From Candidatus Bathyarchaeota archaeon (lineage in GTDB: Archaea > Thermoproteota > Bathyarchaeia > Bathyarchaeales > Bathycorpusculaceae), in contig CAWHDT010000001.1 in the NCBI GenBank assembly GCA_963828195.1, positions 256,001 to 320,000 on the forward strand: a stretch of 64,000 nucleotides of DNA, given 5' to 3'. Positions 1 to 10,370 of the stretch are shown here, piece after piece. Both the position numbers and the translations under genes were made by a program. Each line of letters begins with the position of its first letter. The stretch's first letter is position 1. Below the pieces are notes generated by a model, which made no database searches, was not told the origin of the DNA, and saw nothing but the letters and a program-made list of their open reading frames with translations.

Positions 1-1
1 C

Positions 2-1477
2 AGCAGTCCACTGTACGATTATGACTGGAACATTTCAGTGCTGTGGCTCAACAATATGGGCAACCAAACTCTATCGACTGTGGTTAACGCAGCAGGAAAT
101 GCACAAATTGTTGAAGGCTACAGCGCTACCGGATCCAACCCCGATGCATCGAACCCCGCGACGGTAATTGCAGCTTACTATGGCCAGTTTATGCTTTTCC
201 ACAATGGCACTTTGCCTTCAGGCGGCACACCCTTTTACACAACAAGCTGGGCTCCCTACACATACTTCGCTGTCGACCTTAACGTATCTCACACCGCCAC
301 ATTCGGTACGGTACTATGGTGGAACACGCTTCAACCGCCATCTGACAACGTCACTGTACTAGAAAGCGGAGTCGACCCAGTAGCCGGCGTCTTCTACGAA
401 ACCCTTAAGGAAACTATGCAATACGTAGCATACAGTACCACTACTGGCCAGAAGTTATGGGGGCCAACTCCATCTCAACCAGCTCTCGACTACTACGGCA
501 ACGACTTCGGCGGCGATTTAGACGGGCAACTTGCTTACGGCAACCTTTACAGTGTGGGATTTGCAGGAGTACTCTACTGCTATAATGAAGCCACTGGCAA
601 TTTATTGTGGACTTACGGTAACGGCGGCACAGGCAACAGTACTTACGCTGGCTTCAACACGTTCTACGGCGACTACCCAACCTTCATACAAGCTATCGGC
701 AACGGAGTCATCTACACAGACACCACGGAGCACACCATTAACGACCCAATTTACAAGGGTGCATTAACGCGCGCTATTAACGCGACAGACGGCGCAGAAA
801 TTTGGACGCTTTCTGACTGGACTGGCGGCGGCGGCACACCTGACAGCTATGCTATCGCGGACGGTTATACAACATTCTTCAATGGTTATGACGACCAAGT
901 TTACAGTCTTGGACAGGGACCCAGCGCTACTACAGTATCGGCGCCACAGACTGCTATTACCGCAGGAACCAATGTAGCTATACAGGGCACGGTTATGGAT
1001 ATTTCCGCTGGCACACAGCAAACAGAGCAAAAAGCTGACTTTCCAAATGGCGTACCATGCGCTTCTGACGCTAGCATGGGTGCTTGGATGGGCTACGTTT
1101 ACCAGCAACAGCCAGAACCAACGAACTTCACAGGCGTTACAGTAACGTTAACTGCTATTGATCCCAACGGCAACTTCGTCAGCTTAGGCACTGCAACAAC
1201 CGATACTAACGGCGTGTATCACTACACTTGGACTCCACCGACAATTCCAGGCACCTACTCGGTTACCGCAACGTTCGCTGGCACCAACGGTTACTGGCCG
1301 TCAAAAGCAGAAACCACCCTGATAGTACAAAACGCCCCCACGGTATCACCGACTGCTTCACCTATATCAAACGTAGCAACAACATCTGATCTATTGACGT
1401 ACATGGCTGCTGCAGTAATCGCTATAATCATCGCAATCGCCATAGTCGGCTTGATCTTAGTAAGAAAAAAGCCATAA
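2..1477 (+). CDS. PQQ-like beta-propeller cell-surface protein with C-terminal Ig-like domain and membrane anchor (5'-partial)
   Basis: Frame is open from position 2. Repeated 'A..TG..LW' propeller blades, Thr/Pro linker, C-terminal TM helix followed by RKKP. Confidence 0.8.
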   Translation, partial: SSPLYDYDWNISVLWLNNMGNQTLSTVVNAAGNAQIVEGYSATGSNPDASNPATVIAAYYGQFMLFHNGTLPSGGTPFYTTSWAPYTYFAVDLNVSHTATFGTVLWWNTLQPPSDNVTVLESGVDPVAGVFYETLKETMQYVAYSTTTGQKLWGPTPSQPALDYYGNDFGGDLDGQLAYGNLYSVGFAGVLYCYNEATGNLLWTYGNGGTGNSTYAGFNTFYGDYPTFIQAIGNGVIYTDTTEHTINDPIYKGALTRAINATDGAEIWTLSDWTGGGGTPDSYAIADGYTTFFNGYDDQVYSLGQGPSATTVSAPQTAITAGTNVAIQGTVMDISAGTQQTEQKADFPNGVPCASDASMGAWMGYVYQQQPEPTNFTGVTVTLTAIDPNGNFVSLGTATTDTNGVYHYTWTPPTIPGTYSVTATFAGTNGYWPSKAETTLIVQNAPTVSPTASPISNVATTSDLLTYMAAAVIAIIIAIAIVGLILVRKKP

Positions 1478-1504
1478 GACAAAGACAGTAAAAAATCACA
1501 ATCC

Positions 1505-1520
1505 ACCTTTCCCCTTTTTT
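1505..1520 (+). terminator. Pyrimidine/T-rich archaeal terminator
   Basis: CCTTTCCCCTTTTTTT about 30 nt after the stop codon. Confidence 0.4.
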
Positions 1521-1754
1521 AGTCTTAAAAAAGCAATGAAGAAGAAATTTGGGGCTGAGTAGGCTCTGGTTAAAATTCACGATACACGACATAGTACCGT
1601 GTTACATATTTGCATTTTTCTTTTCCTCAAGAAAAGATCCCCGAGCCTCAGCAAACCCACGCTGTTCTGAAGCCGCCATCAATTTTTTCCGGCATTTTTC
1701 TAATTTCTCTTAAGCCTTCATCTTTTACATTGCGGGTAAAAAAGTAGACTGAAA

Positions 1755-2093
1755 TTAAAGTTTCTCTAGATACTGTTCGAACTGCTTTTTGTCCTGTAAA
1801 CATTGTGGGCATACGCAAGTAAACGGCAAATCTTTAGTGGTGCATAACTCAGTGTATTTGCATTCTGAACATGGAAAGTCTTTGCCGCAGCGAAGGCAAG
1901 TTTGAGAGAAAACGACTTCAGTGTTTAAGATTCCGCTTACGGCGTCTATGAGCTTTTCAATATTGTTATAGTTTTTGATAGAGAACAAACCCAACTCCCG
2001 ATTATAATCTAACCCGAGCCTGATTAGCAGAACAAACTTTTCTTTTTCAACTCTTGGAAGCTTGAAACCCTTCGGATTTAAAGCTATCACCAT
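1755..2093 (-). CDS. Hypothetical Cys-rich (Zn-binding) protein
   Basis: CxxC-x5-CxxC-x4-C-x9-CxCxxC cluster; 14 nt downstream of rfcL. Confidence 0.65.
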   Translation of the reverse strand: MVIALNPKGFKLPRVEKEKFVLLIRLGLDYNRELGLFSIKNYNNIEKLIDAVSGILNTEVVFSQTCLRCGKDFPCSECKYTELCTTKDLPFTCVCPQCLQDKKQFEQYLEKL

Positions 2094-2107
2094 AACTTTG
2101 CTTTCCC

Positions 2108-3343
2108 CTAGTACCTATTCATTTTTATTAGGAAATCAACCTCTTCGGGCGTAAACTTAAACCAAGAAATTAGCTGGCTTGGTTTTTGGTTCTGCAGCAT
2201 CGCTTTGACGAATGGAACAAAATCGTGTTTAGCTATTGAATGGGACACGTGGCATTGGGCTCCGATTTTTCCGCAGATTGAATCCAGCATTGTTCTTTTG
2301 CCTTTAGTCCAAAACAAAGTAATAATTCTGATCGGCGGGGAAATAAATTCGAAGGGCTTGTATGATTCAGGAGCGACCGCTGCTGCTCGCGATAAATCGT
2401 TGAAAAAATATTTTAAGAGAAACCAATGCTCTGTTCCGATTCTTCCTCGAAAAACGTCAGCTTGAGAAACAAAATCGTAGGCGGCTGCAAGCTCGGCTGG
2501 ATCTGTGTAGCGTTTGGGCAGATTATCACTTACCGAAAGCAGGAAATCGTCGTAGTCGACGCTTGAGCGGCTAAGTAAACTTGATACTTCGGCAACAGAT
2601 TTTGCTGAGAAAAACCCCCTTAACGTCTCGTCCATGCTGATGTCTTTGTTTCTTGAAGCAAGACCCATAGTATCTTGAAGTGTGAGGGCATGGTTTTCTT
2701 CGCTTAAGCTCTGCAAGTCGTTTATTGCTGATCGCACGTCGCCTCGGCTGTTTTGTGCAATTCTCTCAAGCGCCTCAAACTCAGCCTTCACATGCTCCGT
2801 CAAGCAGACCCTCTGAAGCAGCGCAATAATTAGCGGTATTCGAACTTGTTGAAACCGGATAAGCAAACAGACTTTCTTTAGAGGTCTTAGCTTCTCTATG
2901 TCAGGATCATTTGCTGCCATAGCAACGGGAACTAGGGATTCCTCCACAATTTTTATTATGGCGCCGACCCCTCCTCTGTCCTCGTTACCCGCAATGCCGT
3001 CCACTTCGTCAAGGAAAAGCAGATTCCCTTTTCCTTTACTTGCAGCTGAAAAATTGTCTAAGGCAACGTAGGAAGTCGCTGGTTTAGCAATTTCATTAAC
3101 CGCTTTTTCAGAGCGTGCGTCGCTTGCGTTCATTTCAATAATTGAAAACCCAAACTCTTTTGAGGCAGCGTTGACCAAAGCTGTTTTCCCAACGCCCGGC
3201 GGTCCATAGAGCAAAACGGCTTTTTTGCTTCGTCGTTTATTTTTTAGCCACTCGAGGAATGTGGCTTTCGCTTCTTCGTTGCCGACAATGTCCTCTATCT
3301 TTTTCGGGCGGTACTTTTCGACCCATAACAGATCATTGGTCAA
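2108..3343 (-). CDS. rfcL: Replication factor C large subunit
   Basis: WVEKYRP, GPPGVGKT Walker A, EMNASD, LDEVD Walker B, GDVRSAINDLQ. Confidence 0.95.
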   Translation of the reverse strand: MTNDLLWVEKYRPKKIEDIVGNEEAKATFLEWLKNKRRSKKAVLLYGPPGVGKTALVNAASKEFGFSIIEMNASDARSEKAVNEIAKPATSYVALDNFSAASKGKGNLLFLDEVDGIAGNEDRGGVGAIIKIVEESLVPVAMAANDPDIEKLRPLKKVCLLIRFQQVRIPLIIALLQRVCLTEHVKAEFEALERIAQNSRGDVRSAINDLQSLSEENHALTLQDTMGLASRNKDISMDETLRGFFSAKSVAEVSSLLSRSSVDYDDFLLSVSDNLPKRYTDPAELAAAYDFVSQADVFRGRIGTEHWFLLKYFFNDLSRAAAVAPESYKPFEFISPPIRIITLFWTKGKRTMLDSICGKIGAQCHVSHSIAKHDFVPFVKAMLQNQKPSQLISWFKFTPEEVDFLIKMNRY

Positions 3344-4353
3344 TAGGTTTCCCCTATGGCTTTACCAAATTTTGCGAATTGCGCAAGCAAAGCACTTAAC
3401 TGGATGTCGCTGTTTGCGCCCTGCGTTAAGCGGTAATCGTATTCGCCGATGACGTTTGACAGGTCGGCTTTTTGTTCAGGAGTAAGATCGGACATTTTGA
3501 ATATCTCCCGCTGCACTTGGCGTATTATTTCCGAGCCTGAAAAGCCGTAAGACCCCATTATTTCATACATAGTTTTCCGCGCCTCAATAAAGTCGCCGAA
3601 TAACGCTTTTCTAATCATTTTTTGAACTTGCATTGGGCTGGCTTCGCCGATGACAAGCGAGACGGTTTTCTCATCCACAACTCCCTCCTTGTAGGCTGAA
3701 GCGGTTTGCAACGCATTTATCGCGTGTCTCAAGTCGCCTTCGGAGTAGTCAACTATTCTCTCAGCTGCTTCAGGCAAAAGATTCACGTTTTCTTTTTTTG
3801 CTATACATTGCAGCTGTTCTTTCATCGCTTGTTTATCCAACCTTGAAAATCGGAATATGGCGCAGCGGCTCTGTATTGGCTCAATTATTTTGCTTGATTG
3901 GTTGCATATGAGAATGAACCTCGATGTGCGGCTGCTGGTTTCCATTATTCTCCTCAGCGCTGTCTGGGCGGGGCCAGTCATTTGGTCGCATTCATCCAGT
4001 ATAATCAGTGCAAACGGTACATTCCCGAAGCCTGATCGGCTGTAACGTGAAAAATCCTTAACTCTATCACGCACCGTGTCGATGCCTCGCTCGTCAGATG
4101 CGTTAAGTTCAAGTGTGAAGCTTTTCCAGTTGGGTCCAAAAAGCTCATGGGCAATGCAAAGTGCAAGGGTCGTTTTCCCAGTGCCTGGTATCCCCGCGAA
4201 CATTAAGTGAGGCATCGTTTTTGGGTTCTTCATGAAAGCTTTCAGGCTTTCAACGATGTCATGTAAATCCACGACCTCGGTTAGGTTTTTCGGGCGGTAC
4301 TTTTCCACCCACATGAGCGCTTCTTCGTTAACTGCCATTAAAGTAACCTTCAC
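3340..4353 (-). CDS. rfcS: Replication factor C small subunit
   Basis: WVEKYRP, GIPGTGKT, ELNASDERGID, SRC motif. Confidence 0.96.
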   Translation of the reverse strand: MKVTLMAVNEEALMWVEKYRPKNLTEVVDLHDIVESLKAFMKNPKTMPHLMFAGIPGTGKTTLALCIAHELFGPNWKSFTLELNASDERGIDTVRDRVKDFSRYSRSGFGNVPFALIILDECDQMTGPAQTALRRIMETSSRTSRFILICNQSSKIIEPIQSRCAIFRFSRLDKQAMKEQLQCIAKKENVNLLPEAAERIVDYSEGDLRHAINALQTASAYKEGVVDEKTVSLVIGEASPMQVQKMIRKALFGDFIEARKTMYEIMGSYGFSGSEIIRQVQREIFKMSDLTPEQKADLSNVIGEYDYRLTQGANSDIQLSALLAQFAKFGKAIGETY

Positions 4354-4447
4354 AACAAATTATACAATAACGTGCTTTGATTTAACTAATTTAACCTTTT
4401 CCATATCCTCTAAAGATAACCTGGAGGTATCTGAAAGTACCTTTCCG

Positions 4448-4795
4448 CTACCCGATTTTGCTTCCTTCAGCAATATCCTTCTCGGGTGCAAGCACAGTTA
4501 CGTTTCCTTCACTGTCTTCAGCGGCTAAAACCATGCATTGCGACTCCACACCCGCTAACACGCGCCTTTGAAGATTCAAGAGAAAAACGCATTTTTTGCC
4601 CACTAATTCTTCAGGCTGATAATATTTTAGTAGACCCGCGACAGCTTGCCTTTTTTCAGCCCCAAAGTCAACAATTATTTTGATCAGTTTTTTTGAATTG
4701 GAAATTGGCGTTGCCTCAACGATTTTTCCTATTCGCAAATCAAGTTTCTGGAATTCGGCAAATGATATTTCTTCAGCCAAATAATTCACGCTCAA
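4448..4795 (-). CDS. tRNA-binding OB-fold protein (Trbp111/CsaA/MetRS C-terminal-like)
   Basis: F.KLDLRIGKI, VDFG.E.RQ.VAG, GVESQ.MVLA motifs. Confidence 0.9.
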   Translation of the reverse strand: MSVNYLAEEISFAEFQKLDLRIGKIVEATPISNSKKLIKIIVDFGAEKRQAVAGLLKYYQPEELVGKKCVFLLNLQRRVLAGVESQCMVLAAEDSEGNVTVLAPEKDIAEGSKIG

Positions 4796-4802
4796 AAGTA
4801 GT

Positions 4803-5492
4803 TTAATTTTCAGTGATATTTACTTTGCTTTCCTGTGCAAGCCTGATTCTTTCTTTCGTCGCTAACTTGTGAGCTTGCAGTAGCGGCTCAGGAATCCGGC
4901 TTATGGCACAGTGCTTAACTATTTTGATGGCTGTTTCAAGAGACACCATGTGGCCAATGCTTACGTAAATGGGTTTATCACCCTGCTTTGTAGTCACAAC
5001 GGCACCGATTACTTCACCATTATCAACCAAAAAAGTCTCCCCATCCTTGTCGGTCGGTGCACCTATTAACCTGCTTTTAGCCGCGCCCACAGTTGGTTTT
5101 CCGATGGCGAGTCCAAGATGGCTGGCAAACCCACACCGATACGGATGGGCAAATCCCTGTGCGTTGACAAGAAACAAGTCGGGTTGAATTTTCAATTTTT
5201 TGATTGCTGCCATAGCTGGAGAAAGCTCTCTGAAAGACAGCAGAGTTGGGATGTATGGCATTTTAATTTGACATGTTGCAACTTGAGTCTCCAAAGTCTT
5301 GAGCGTTTCATAATCTAAAACCGTTAACGCGCCGACGCCGACGTCGTCAAGATACGAGACATCAACGCCAGCGACCGTTCCAATTTTACTGGGCAACCTG
5401 TCTTCTAAAATTATTTTCTTTGACAGACAAAGCTGGGTTTGGTGCGCTTTTTTTACCGAAAAATTTTTCATCAGCTTGCTGGGGCTGCTCAA
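4803..5492 (-). CDS. nfi: Endonuclease V
   Basis: AGVDVSY, PYIPTLLSFRE, G.AHP..CG.ASHLG, YVSIGH, RIPEP...AH; the second catalytic Asp reads Asn (see findings). Confidence 0.93.
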   Translation of the reverse strand: MSSPSKLMKNFSVKKAHQTQLCLSKKIILEDRLPSKIGTVAGVDVSYLDDVGVGALTVLDYETLKTLETQVATCQIKMPYIPTLLSFRELSPAMAAIKKLKIQPDLFLVNAQGFAHPYRCGFASHLGLAIGKPTVGAAKSRLIGAPTDKDGETFLVDNGEVIGAVVTTKQGDKPIYVSIGHMVSLETAIKIVKHCAISRIPEPLLQAHKLATKERIRLAQESKVNITEN

Positions 5493-6163
5493 ATTTTGAC
5501 CTTTTTGGCTCCGCTTTTGGGGGTGCTGCGTTTTAAGGGTTGAAATTTCTTCAAGTAGTCTTCAAGGGATTTTCTGCGGATTTCCAGCGTTACGTCACCG
5601 CGGGTAGATTCGATTATTCTTCTTGCAATGTCAGATTTGTGCCTGAGCCCTGGAACAAGCATGTAAGCCTCGTCAAGAGCTAATAGCTGAATAAACATTT
5701 GATCCATTGTTTCAAGGCATTCTTCTGCACTTTTGACTTCGCCTTCGCGCAGATTATCCAGCGCGAGACGCCTGTATTCGCCTATAACATCCGCTAAGCC
5801 CAGTGCATAATCGACTGAAGGCACACAAATCTCAGCGGGGGTAACAAAACGACCTTCTTTTACAAGCATCAAGAAAATGCGTGCTTCAGAGTATTCCTGG
5901 AGCGCCGCACTAAACATGCCGCCGTAAATAATGTCAGGGTACTCCTTGGATAAATCCTGAAGGCAAGAAACCTTCTCTTTGGCGTCGGCGATGAATTTTT
6001 CCGCCTGACTGTATTTTTTCTGGTGGATCAAAAGAATCGCTTGTTTAGATAGGCTGGTTGCTTTGCGCATGCTTTCATGTGTTTCTTCGCGAATTTTGTT
6101 TTTTTGCATAAGCTCGTTTTTTACTTCTTGAAGAATAGTCTCTAAAGACGACAAACTTATCAT
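5489..6163 (-). CDS. Translin/TRAX (C3PO-like) family protein
   Basis: QEYSEA and DYALGLADVIGEYRR motifs, LRHKSD. Confidence 0.88.
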   Translation of the reverse strand: MISLSSLETILQEVKNELMQKNKIREETHESMRKATSLSKQAILLIHQKKYSQAEKFIADAKEKVSCLQDLSKEYPDIIYGGMFSAALQEYSEARIFLMLVKEGRFVTPAEICVPSVDYALGLADVIGEYRRLALDNLREGEVKSAEECLETMDQMFIQLLALDEAYMLVPGLRHKSDIARRIIESTRGDVTLEIRRKSLEDYLKKFQPLKRSTPKSGAKKVKI

Positions 6164-6315
6164 CTGATTAGATGAATTGCTGGGTTATTTATTTCAATTT
6201 CCCAAAAAATCGATGTAAAACAATTATTCACTACTGTTGACCGTTAGCTTAAACACGCGTTCTCTACCGCCTTTTTCCCATTTATCTCCAAATTTGCCAA
6301 AAACAGCTCTGCGCT

Positions 6316-6496
6316 AATTCAAACACACAAACAAAAGGAACCTAAACAAAACAGAGCAATCAGCCCAGAAGAAGAAGAAGAAAAACAATTTTTCTAGTCT
6401 TCTTCTTCTTTTAAAAAACATTTTTTACCCATTAATCAAACCCAGCCTCACAACGAAAAACAATAGAAAATCAAAAAATGCGACCCAAAATAAGCC
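6316..6496 (+). repeat. Dispersed intergenic hairpin repeat, copy 1
   Basis: AAGAAGAAGAAGA-N16-TCTTCTTCTTCTT-TTAAAAA core; about 180 bp resembles the reverse complement of 31681-31858. Confidence 0.8.
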
Positions 6497-6603
6497 TCCC
6501 GAAAGAAGGGCGAGACACCCTTACCGGCAAAAGGGCTGATCAAAATTCACACACTTACGCGGATTAAAAATTAGGTAAAGAAACCGCAACTATCCATATG
6601 CTG

Positions 6604-7584
6604 CTAGTTGGCTTTAACCTGAATAGGCTTCTCCAGCCTGCTTAACAATACAACTCTGCTCTCTGGCGCTTCATTAAGAATCTTGTACCCCGTTTTCTCC
6701 GCCAGCTGCCTAGCGAAATCTTTAACTTCGCCGTGCATCGGCATGTTTTCAAAACCTAACCGAAGCGTAGAAAACCCGATATGCATGTACGCTTTTGCTT
6801 CAATGTACGTGGGATTGGTTTTTTCAACGATTTTAGCGTATTCTTCCACGTGGTTCATGTTGTGACCTTTAACCAGCGTCATGCGAACTACGGTGGGGCA
6901 ACGGAAACTCTGCAGCAAACCCAGCGTTTCGTTTAGTTTTGCCCAAGCGCCGGGGAACTGAGGACGGCAAACCTGTTTGTACACCTGCTCGTTTGGCGCG
7001 CACAGTGAAATGTAGAGTTGGGTGGGTTCTTGGCTTAGACTTGAAAGTTTAGCGGGAAAAGTGCCGTTGGAAACCAGAAACGTCGTCAAGCCCTTTTGGT
7101 GAAAGGTGCGAATTAACTCTCCGAGAGGCTCGTAAAGGGTTGGTTCACCAGTTAAACTTATGGCAACTTGTTTCGGAATCAGCGCCTCCTGGAATTTGCG
7201 CCAGTTCGTTTTTGGATTGCCTTTATATCCTGTCAAAATTTTTTCTTGAGCCTTAAAACATTCGTTAACAATTTCTTGTGGTTCATCTGTTTTCGGGATT
7301 TTCATCTCATCCCATGTAACCTGTAAGTCTCCGCTTTGGGCTCTCCAGCAAAACAGGCATTGTTGAGTGCAATAGTAGAGGGAAGGCGACATTTGGATGC
7401 AACGATGCGATTCTATCCCGTAAAACTTCTGCTTATAACAATGTCTATCGTTAACGATGGATTCGTAAAGCCACTTGCACCTCTTAACTGCCGAGTGAGC
7501 GCCGACCAAATGGTACTTCTGCTTCTTTAAAGCGCCTGAAAGCGTGGCTGCAGTGTTTTTTTCCAAGATTTCACCGAAATACAT
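6604..7584 (-). CDS. taw1: 4-demethylwyosine synthase TYW1/Taw1 (radical SAM)
   Basis: HSAVKRCKW, CYKQKFYGIESHRC, CTQQCLFCWR, AISLTGEPT. Confidence 0.95.
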   Translation of the reverse strand: MYFGEILEKNTAATLSGALKKQKYHLVGAHSAVKRCKWLYESIVNDRHCYKQKFYGIESHRCIQMSPSLYYCTQQCLFCWRAQSGDLQVTWDEMKIPKTDEPQEIVNECFKAQEKILTGYKGNPKTNWRKFQEALIPKQVAISLTGEPTLYEPLGELIRTFHQKGLTTFLVSNGTFPAKLSSLSQEPTQLYISLCAPNEQVYKQVCRPQFPGAWAKLNETLGLLQSFRCPTVVRMTLVKGHNMNHVEEYAKIVEKTNPTYIEAKAYMHIGFSTLRLGFENMPMHGEVKDFARQLAEKTGYKILNEAPESRVVLLSRLEKPIQVKAN

Positions 7585-7776
7585 TCACTTTGAATCTTCT
7601 GTCCCTTAAAAATCTCGCTGATTAAAAGTAGCCTTCGCCTTTGAAAGAGGCTTTTTCAGTTTGCGTGGTTTATTTCGGGTTTTTTTGTTAATTATTAATG
7701 GCAAAGTTTAAAATCAACTCTTAATTATCTCATTGCATTAAGTCAATTATGACTATCTATCGGGGAGCAATGTAGT

Positions 7777-9909
7777 TTGAATCGAAAAATCGGAGCCTTT
7801 ACCATTTTGGTCTTAATGTTCTTAACTGTTGCGTTTACGCCCTTGGCAGCAGTGTTGGGTCAAAGTAGCAACAGCCTCGGCGTTGAAATTTTGCAGGTTG
7901 CTCCGATAAGCTCTTCAAGCATAGTTACCGGGCAAAGTCAATATAACGGCACTGCCGGGCAAGCATTTAATCTTGAAGGAACCATCTATAACTCCAACAG
8001 TTCTTACCAAGTATTAATTGGCAGCGATGTTGTTGCAAGCGGGACATCTTCAGGATATTTAGTTGACGCGAACTTCAGTGTACCTTACCTTTCAGCCGGA
8101 AGTTATGATATGACGCTTATAGACGTTGCACTTGGCGTTAACTCCACTGGAACTACTCCTGAATCATTCGAAGTGTTAACTGGCTACTACATAAGCGCTG
8201 TTCCTTCACAGGCACAGGAAGGAAGCAATATGGCAATAACAGTTACTGTAACCGGAGGAGCAGCAAGCACTGATTACGGTGCAGATGTCACTGTTGTGGA
8301 TCCATCAAACACAACGTATTCACAGACAGTGTCTATGGGAACAATCAACCAGGAGGGCGTCGCCACAGCGCAAGTCACCTACCCCGGCGCCAGCTTCCAA
8401 CCAAATGGCACCACTGATTATGCAGGCACATACAATATTTACTTTAACCAGTCTACTGGTCTGGCGCAAAACCAATTTACCGTTGGCTTTCTCGATTCAA
8501 CCACCTATCACAGGGGCGACACTGTAACGATTGGAGCGACAGGTTACCAAGCCAGTCAAACTGCAACGTTGACCATTACCAACTCAACCGGCGGCTTAGC
8601 TGCCCCCACTCAAACACGAACCGCTTCGGCTACGGGCATCATCAATTCGACATGGCTGGTTCCCCCAAACGCTGTAATTGGAACCTATACTGTAACAATT
8701 ACTCCTCAGGGAATTCAAAAAGTGGTACCAGACATAGAGAACTTTACGATTCCTGGGTATTCAGTTACGATCGAAACAGTAAACTTAGCTAACGAACTTG
8801 TCTCCCAAATACAAATTAACGCGTTAGATCAAGCAAGCGGAGTAACCTATAACGAAACTAGTGGATCAAATGGCGCCGCAACCTTTAATCTTGAATCAGG
8901 CATTTACCCGTTAACTGCGTTTTGGAACGGCGTTAACGTTGGGGCATCCTCCATAACTGTCACTGGAAACGCAACTTTTACTCTACAATGCCAATTAACT
9001 AACATCCAAATTATAGTTCAAAACGAAAACGGGTCTCCAATGCCTTTTGTGAATTTAGCCATCCTATATCAATATCAACCGAGCAACGGCGGTGCTTCTC
9101 AGTTGGGAAACGTCACGGGTCAAACATATACAAACGGAAGCTACACGTTAGCTTCGGCTCTAACAGGAATAACCTACACGATAAACGCTTCATTATACGG
9201 TCAAGTTTTCAACTCTGAAAACAACACATTTAGCAATATACCTGCGCAGCCAGTGTACCAAATAGTAATCACGTGCCCCAACGAAGCCTTGACCCTTAAT
9301 GTAGTCGGTTACAATCGAGCCCCAATCTCTGGTGCAAGCATAGACCTTGTTGAATTAACCAGCGGCTTATTCTATACTGCCACAACCGACAGCTCAGGGT
9401 CAGCTGCCAGCCAAGTTTCTTTCGGAATGTATAAGCTGCAAATTTATGAAGACAATATTATGATCAATGAAACAACCATCGCCGTCTTCGGTGCAACCCA
9501 GCAGGAAATAGTTTGCAGCCTCTACGGCATTCAGGTTTCAGTTTCAGTTATTGACTTTTTCGGTCAGCCAATCTCAAACGCTAACGTCACATTGAATGGT
9601 CCGTCAACAGAACGGCTTTCAGCCATGACTAACGGCGCTGGAACTGCAACTTTCAATAATGTTGTCGGCGGCAACATGCAAATAGTAGCGTTTCCTCAAG
9701 GAGCCCAAAGTAGCTATCAAGCGGTAACTCAAACAATCGATAATCCAATGACGGTTAAGATACAAATTGACAGATATTTTGTTCTCGGATCACTCTTGAT
9801 ACCAGTAAGTTCACTTATAGCCATAATCATAATAGTGATAGCCATAGTTCTCTTCGCAACCGTGGAAATTTACAGGCGACGAAAAGTTAAGCAATCACCT
9901 GAAAGCTAA
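7777..9909 (+). CDS. Secreted, membrane-anchored surface glycoprotein with repeated Ig/carboxypeptidase-regulatory-like domains
   Basis: Signal peptide, Ser/Thr/Asn-rich with many NxS/T sequons, 'P.S.A.V.L...T..SG.A.F' repeats, C-terminal TM plus RRRK. Confidence 0.75.
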   Translation: MNRKIGAFTILVLMFLTVAFTPLAAVLGQSSNSLGVEILQVAPISSSSIVTGQSQYNGTAGQAFNLEGTIYNSNSSYQVLIGSDVVASGTSSGYLVDANFSVPYLSAGSYDMTLIDVALGVNSTGTTPESFEVLTGYYISAVPSQAQEGSNMAITVTVTGGAASTDYGADVTVVDPSNTTYSQTVSMGTINQEGVATAQVTYPGASFQPNGTTDYAGTYNIYFNQSTGLAQNQFTVGFLDSTTYHRGDTVTIGATGYQASQTATLTITNSTGGLAAPTQTRTASATGIINSTWLVPPNAVIGTYTVTITPQGIQKVVPDIENFTIPGYSVTIETVNLANELVSQIQINALDQASGVTYNETSGSNGAATFNLESGIYPLTAFWNGVNVGASSITVTGNATFTLQCQLTNIQIIVQNENGSPMPFVNLAILYQYQPSNGGASQLGNVTGQTYTNGSYTLASALTGITYTINASLYGQVFNSENNTFSNIPAQPVYQIVITCPNEALTLNVVGYNRAPISGASIDLVELTSGLFYTATTDSSGSAASQVSFGMYKLQIYEDNIMINETTIAVFGATQQEIVCSLYGIQVSVSVIDFFGQPISNANVTLNGPSTERLSAMTNGAGTATFNNVVGGNMQIVAFPQGAQSSYQAVTQTIDNPMTVKIQIDRYFVLGSLLIPVSSLIAIIIIVIAIVLFATVEIYRRRKVKQSPES

Positions 9910-10024
9910 ATATCAGTTTCATCCCTGACTAGAAAAAAGTTTATATGGCTTCCAAATACCATTAAGAAGAACATAAAGACAAAACATCAAAAACTATTTT
10001 GATTTAACAATTGAGGTGTATCTG

Positions 10025-10315
10025 TTGGCTCAATCAAAAGCTTGTTCTCCAGCATGCTCTTCTTTTAAGTGTAGCCAAAACTCTGTTCTCTACAAACGAG
10101 ACTCCGTCTGGTGTAGGCAGACCGAAGAACCGTGTAATGTGGCAAACTGCACATATTCTATGTGCTTAAAAAGGCGGTTGTTGCCCCAAGGCGTATGCGG
10201 CGAAACCGTGCGACGCCAAACCGTTGAAAAAGACATTGATGACGGTCTTCCGGCTGATTCTATAAGACTTAGAGGAAAAGCTTTGCGCAAACTCGGAGAC
10301 AAAGAAATCTATTAA
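10025..10315 (+). CDS. Small Cys-rich hypothetical protein
   Basis: 8 Cys; GAGGTG RBS before TTG at 10025. Confidence 0.65.
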   Translation: MAQSKACSPACSSFKCSQNSVLYKRDSVWCRQTEEPCNVANCTYSMCLKRRLLPQGVCGETVRRQTVEKDIDDGLPADSIRLRGKALRKLGDKEIY

Positions 10316-10370
10316 TATAAACTAAAAACTAAAACTGAGTTACTCGTGCCAAAGTACGAGTATTCCCTTA

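Noticed and set aside
1597-1680. Possible 25-aa minus-strand ORF (MAASEQRGF...)
   Set aside because: No recognisable motif or clear RBS.
3300-4313. Near-identical ~28-nt stretches at ~3300-3327 and ~4286-4313
   Set aside because: Both encode the WVEKYRPK motif of the paralogous RFC subunits, so this is not an independent repeat.
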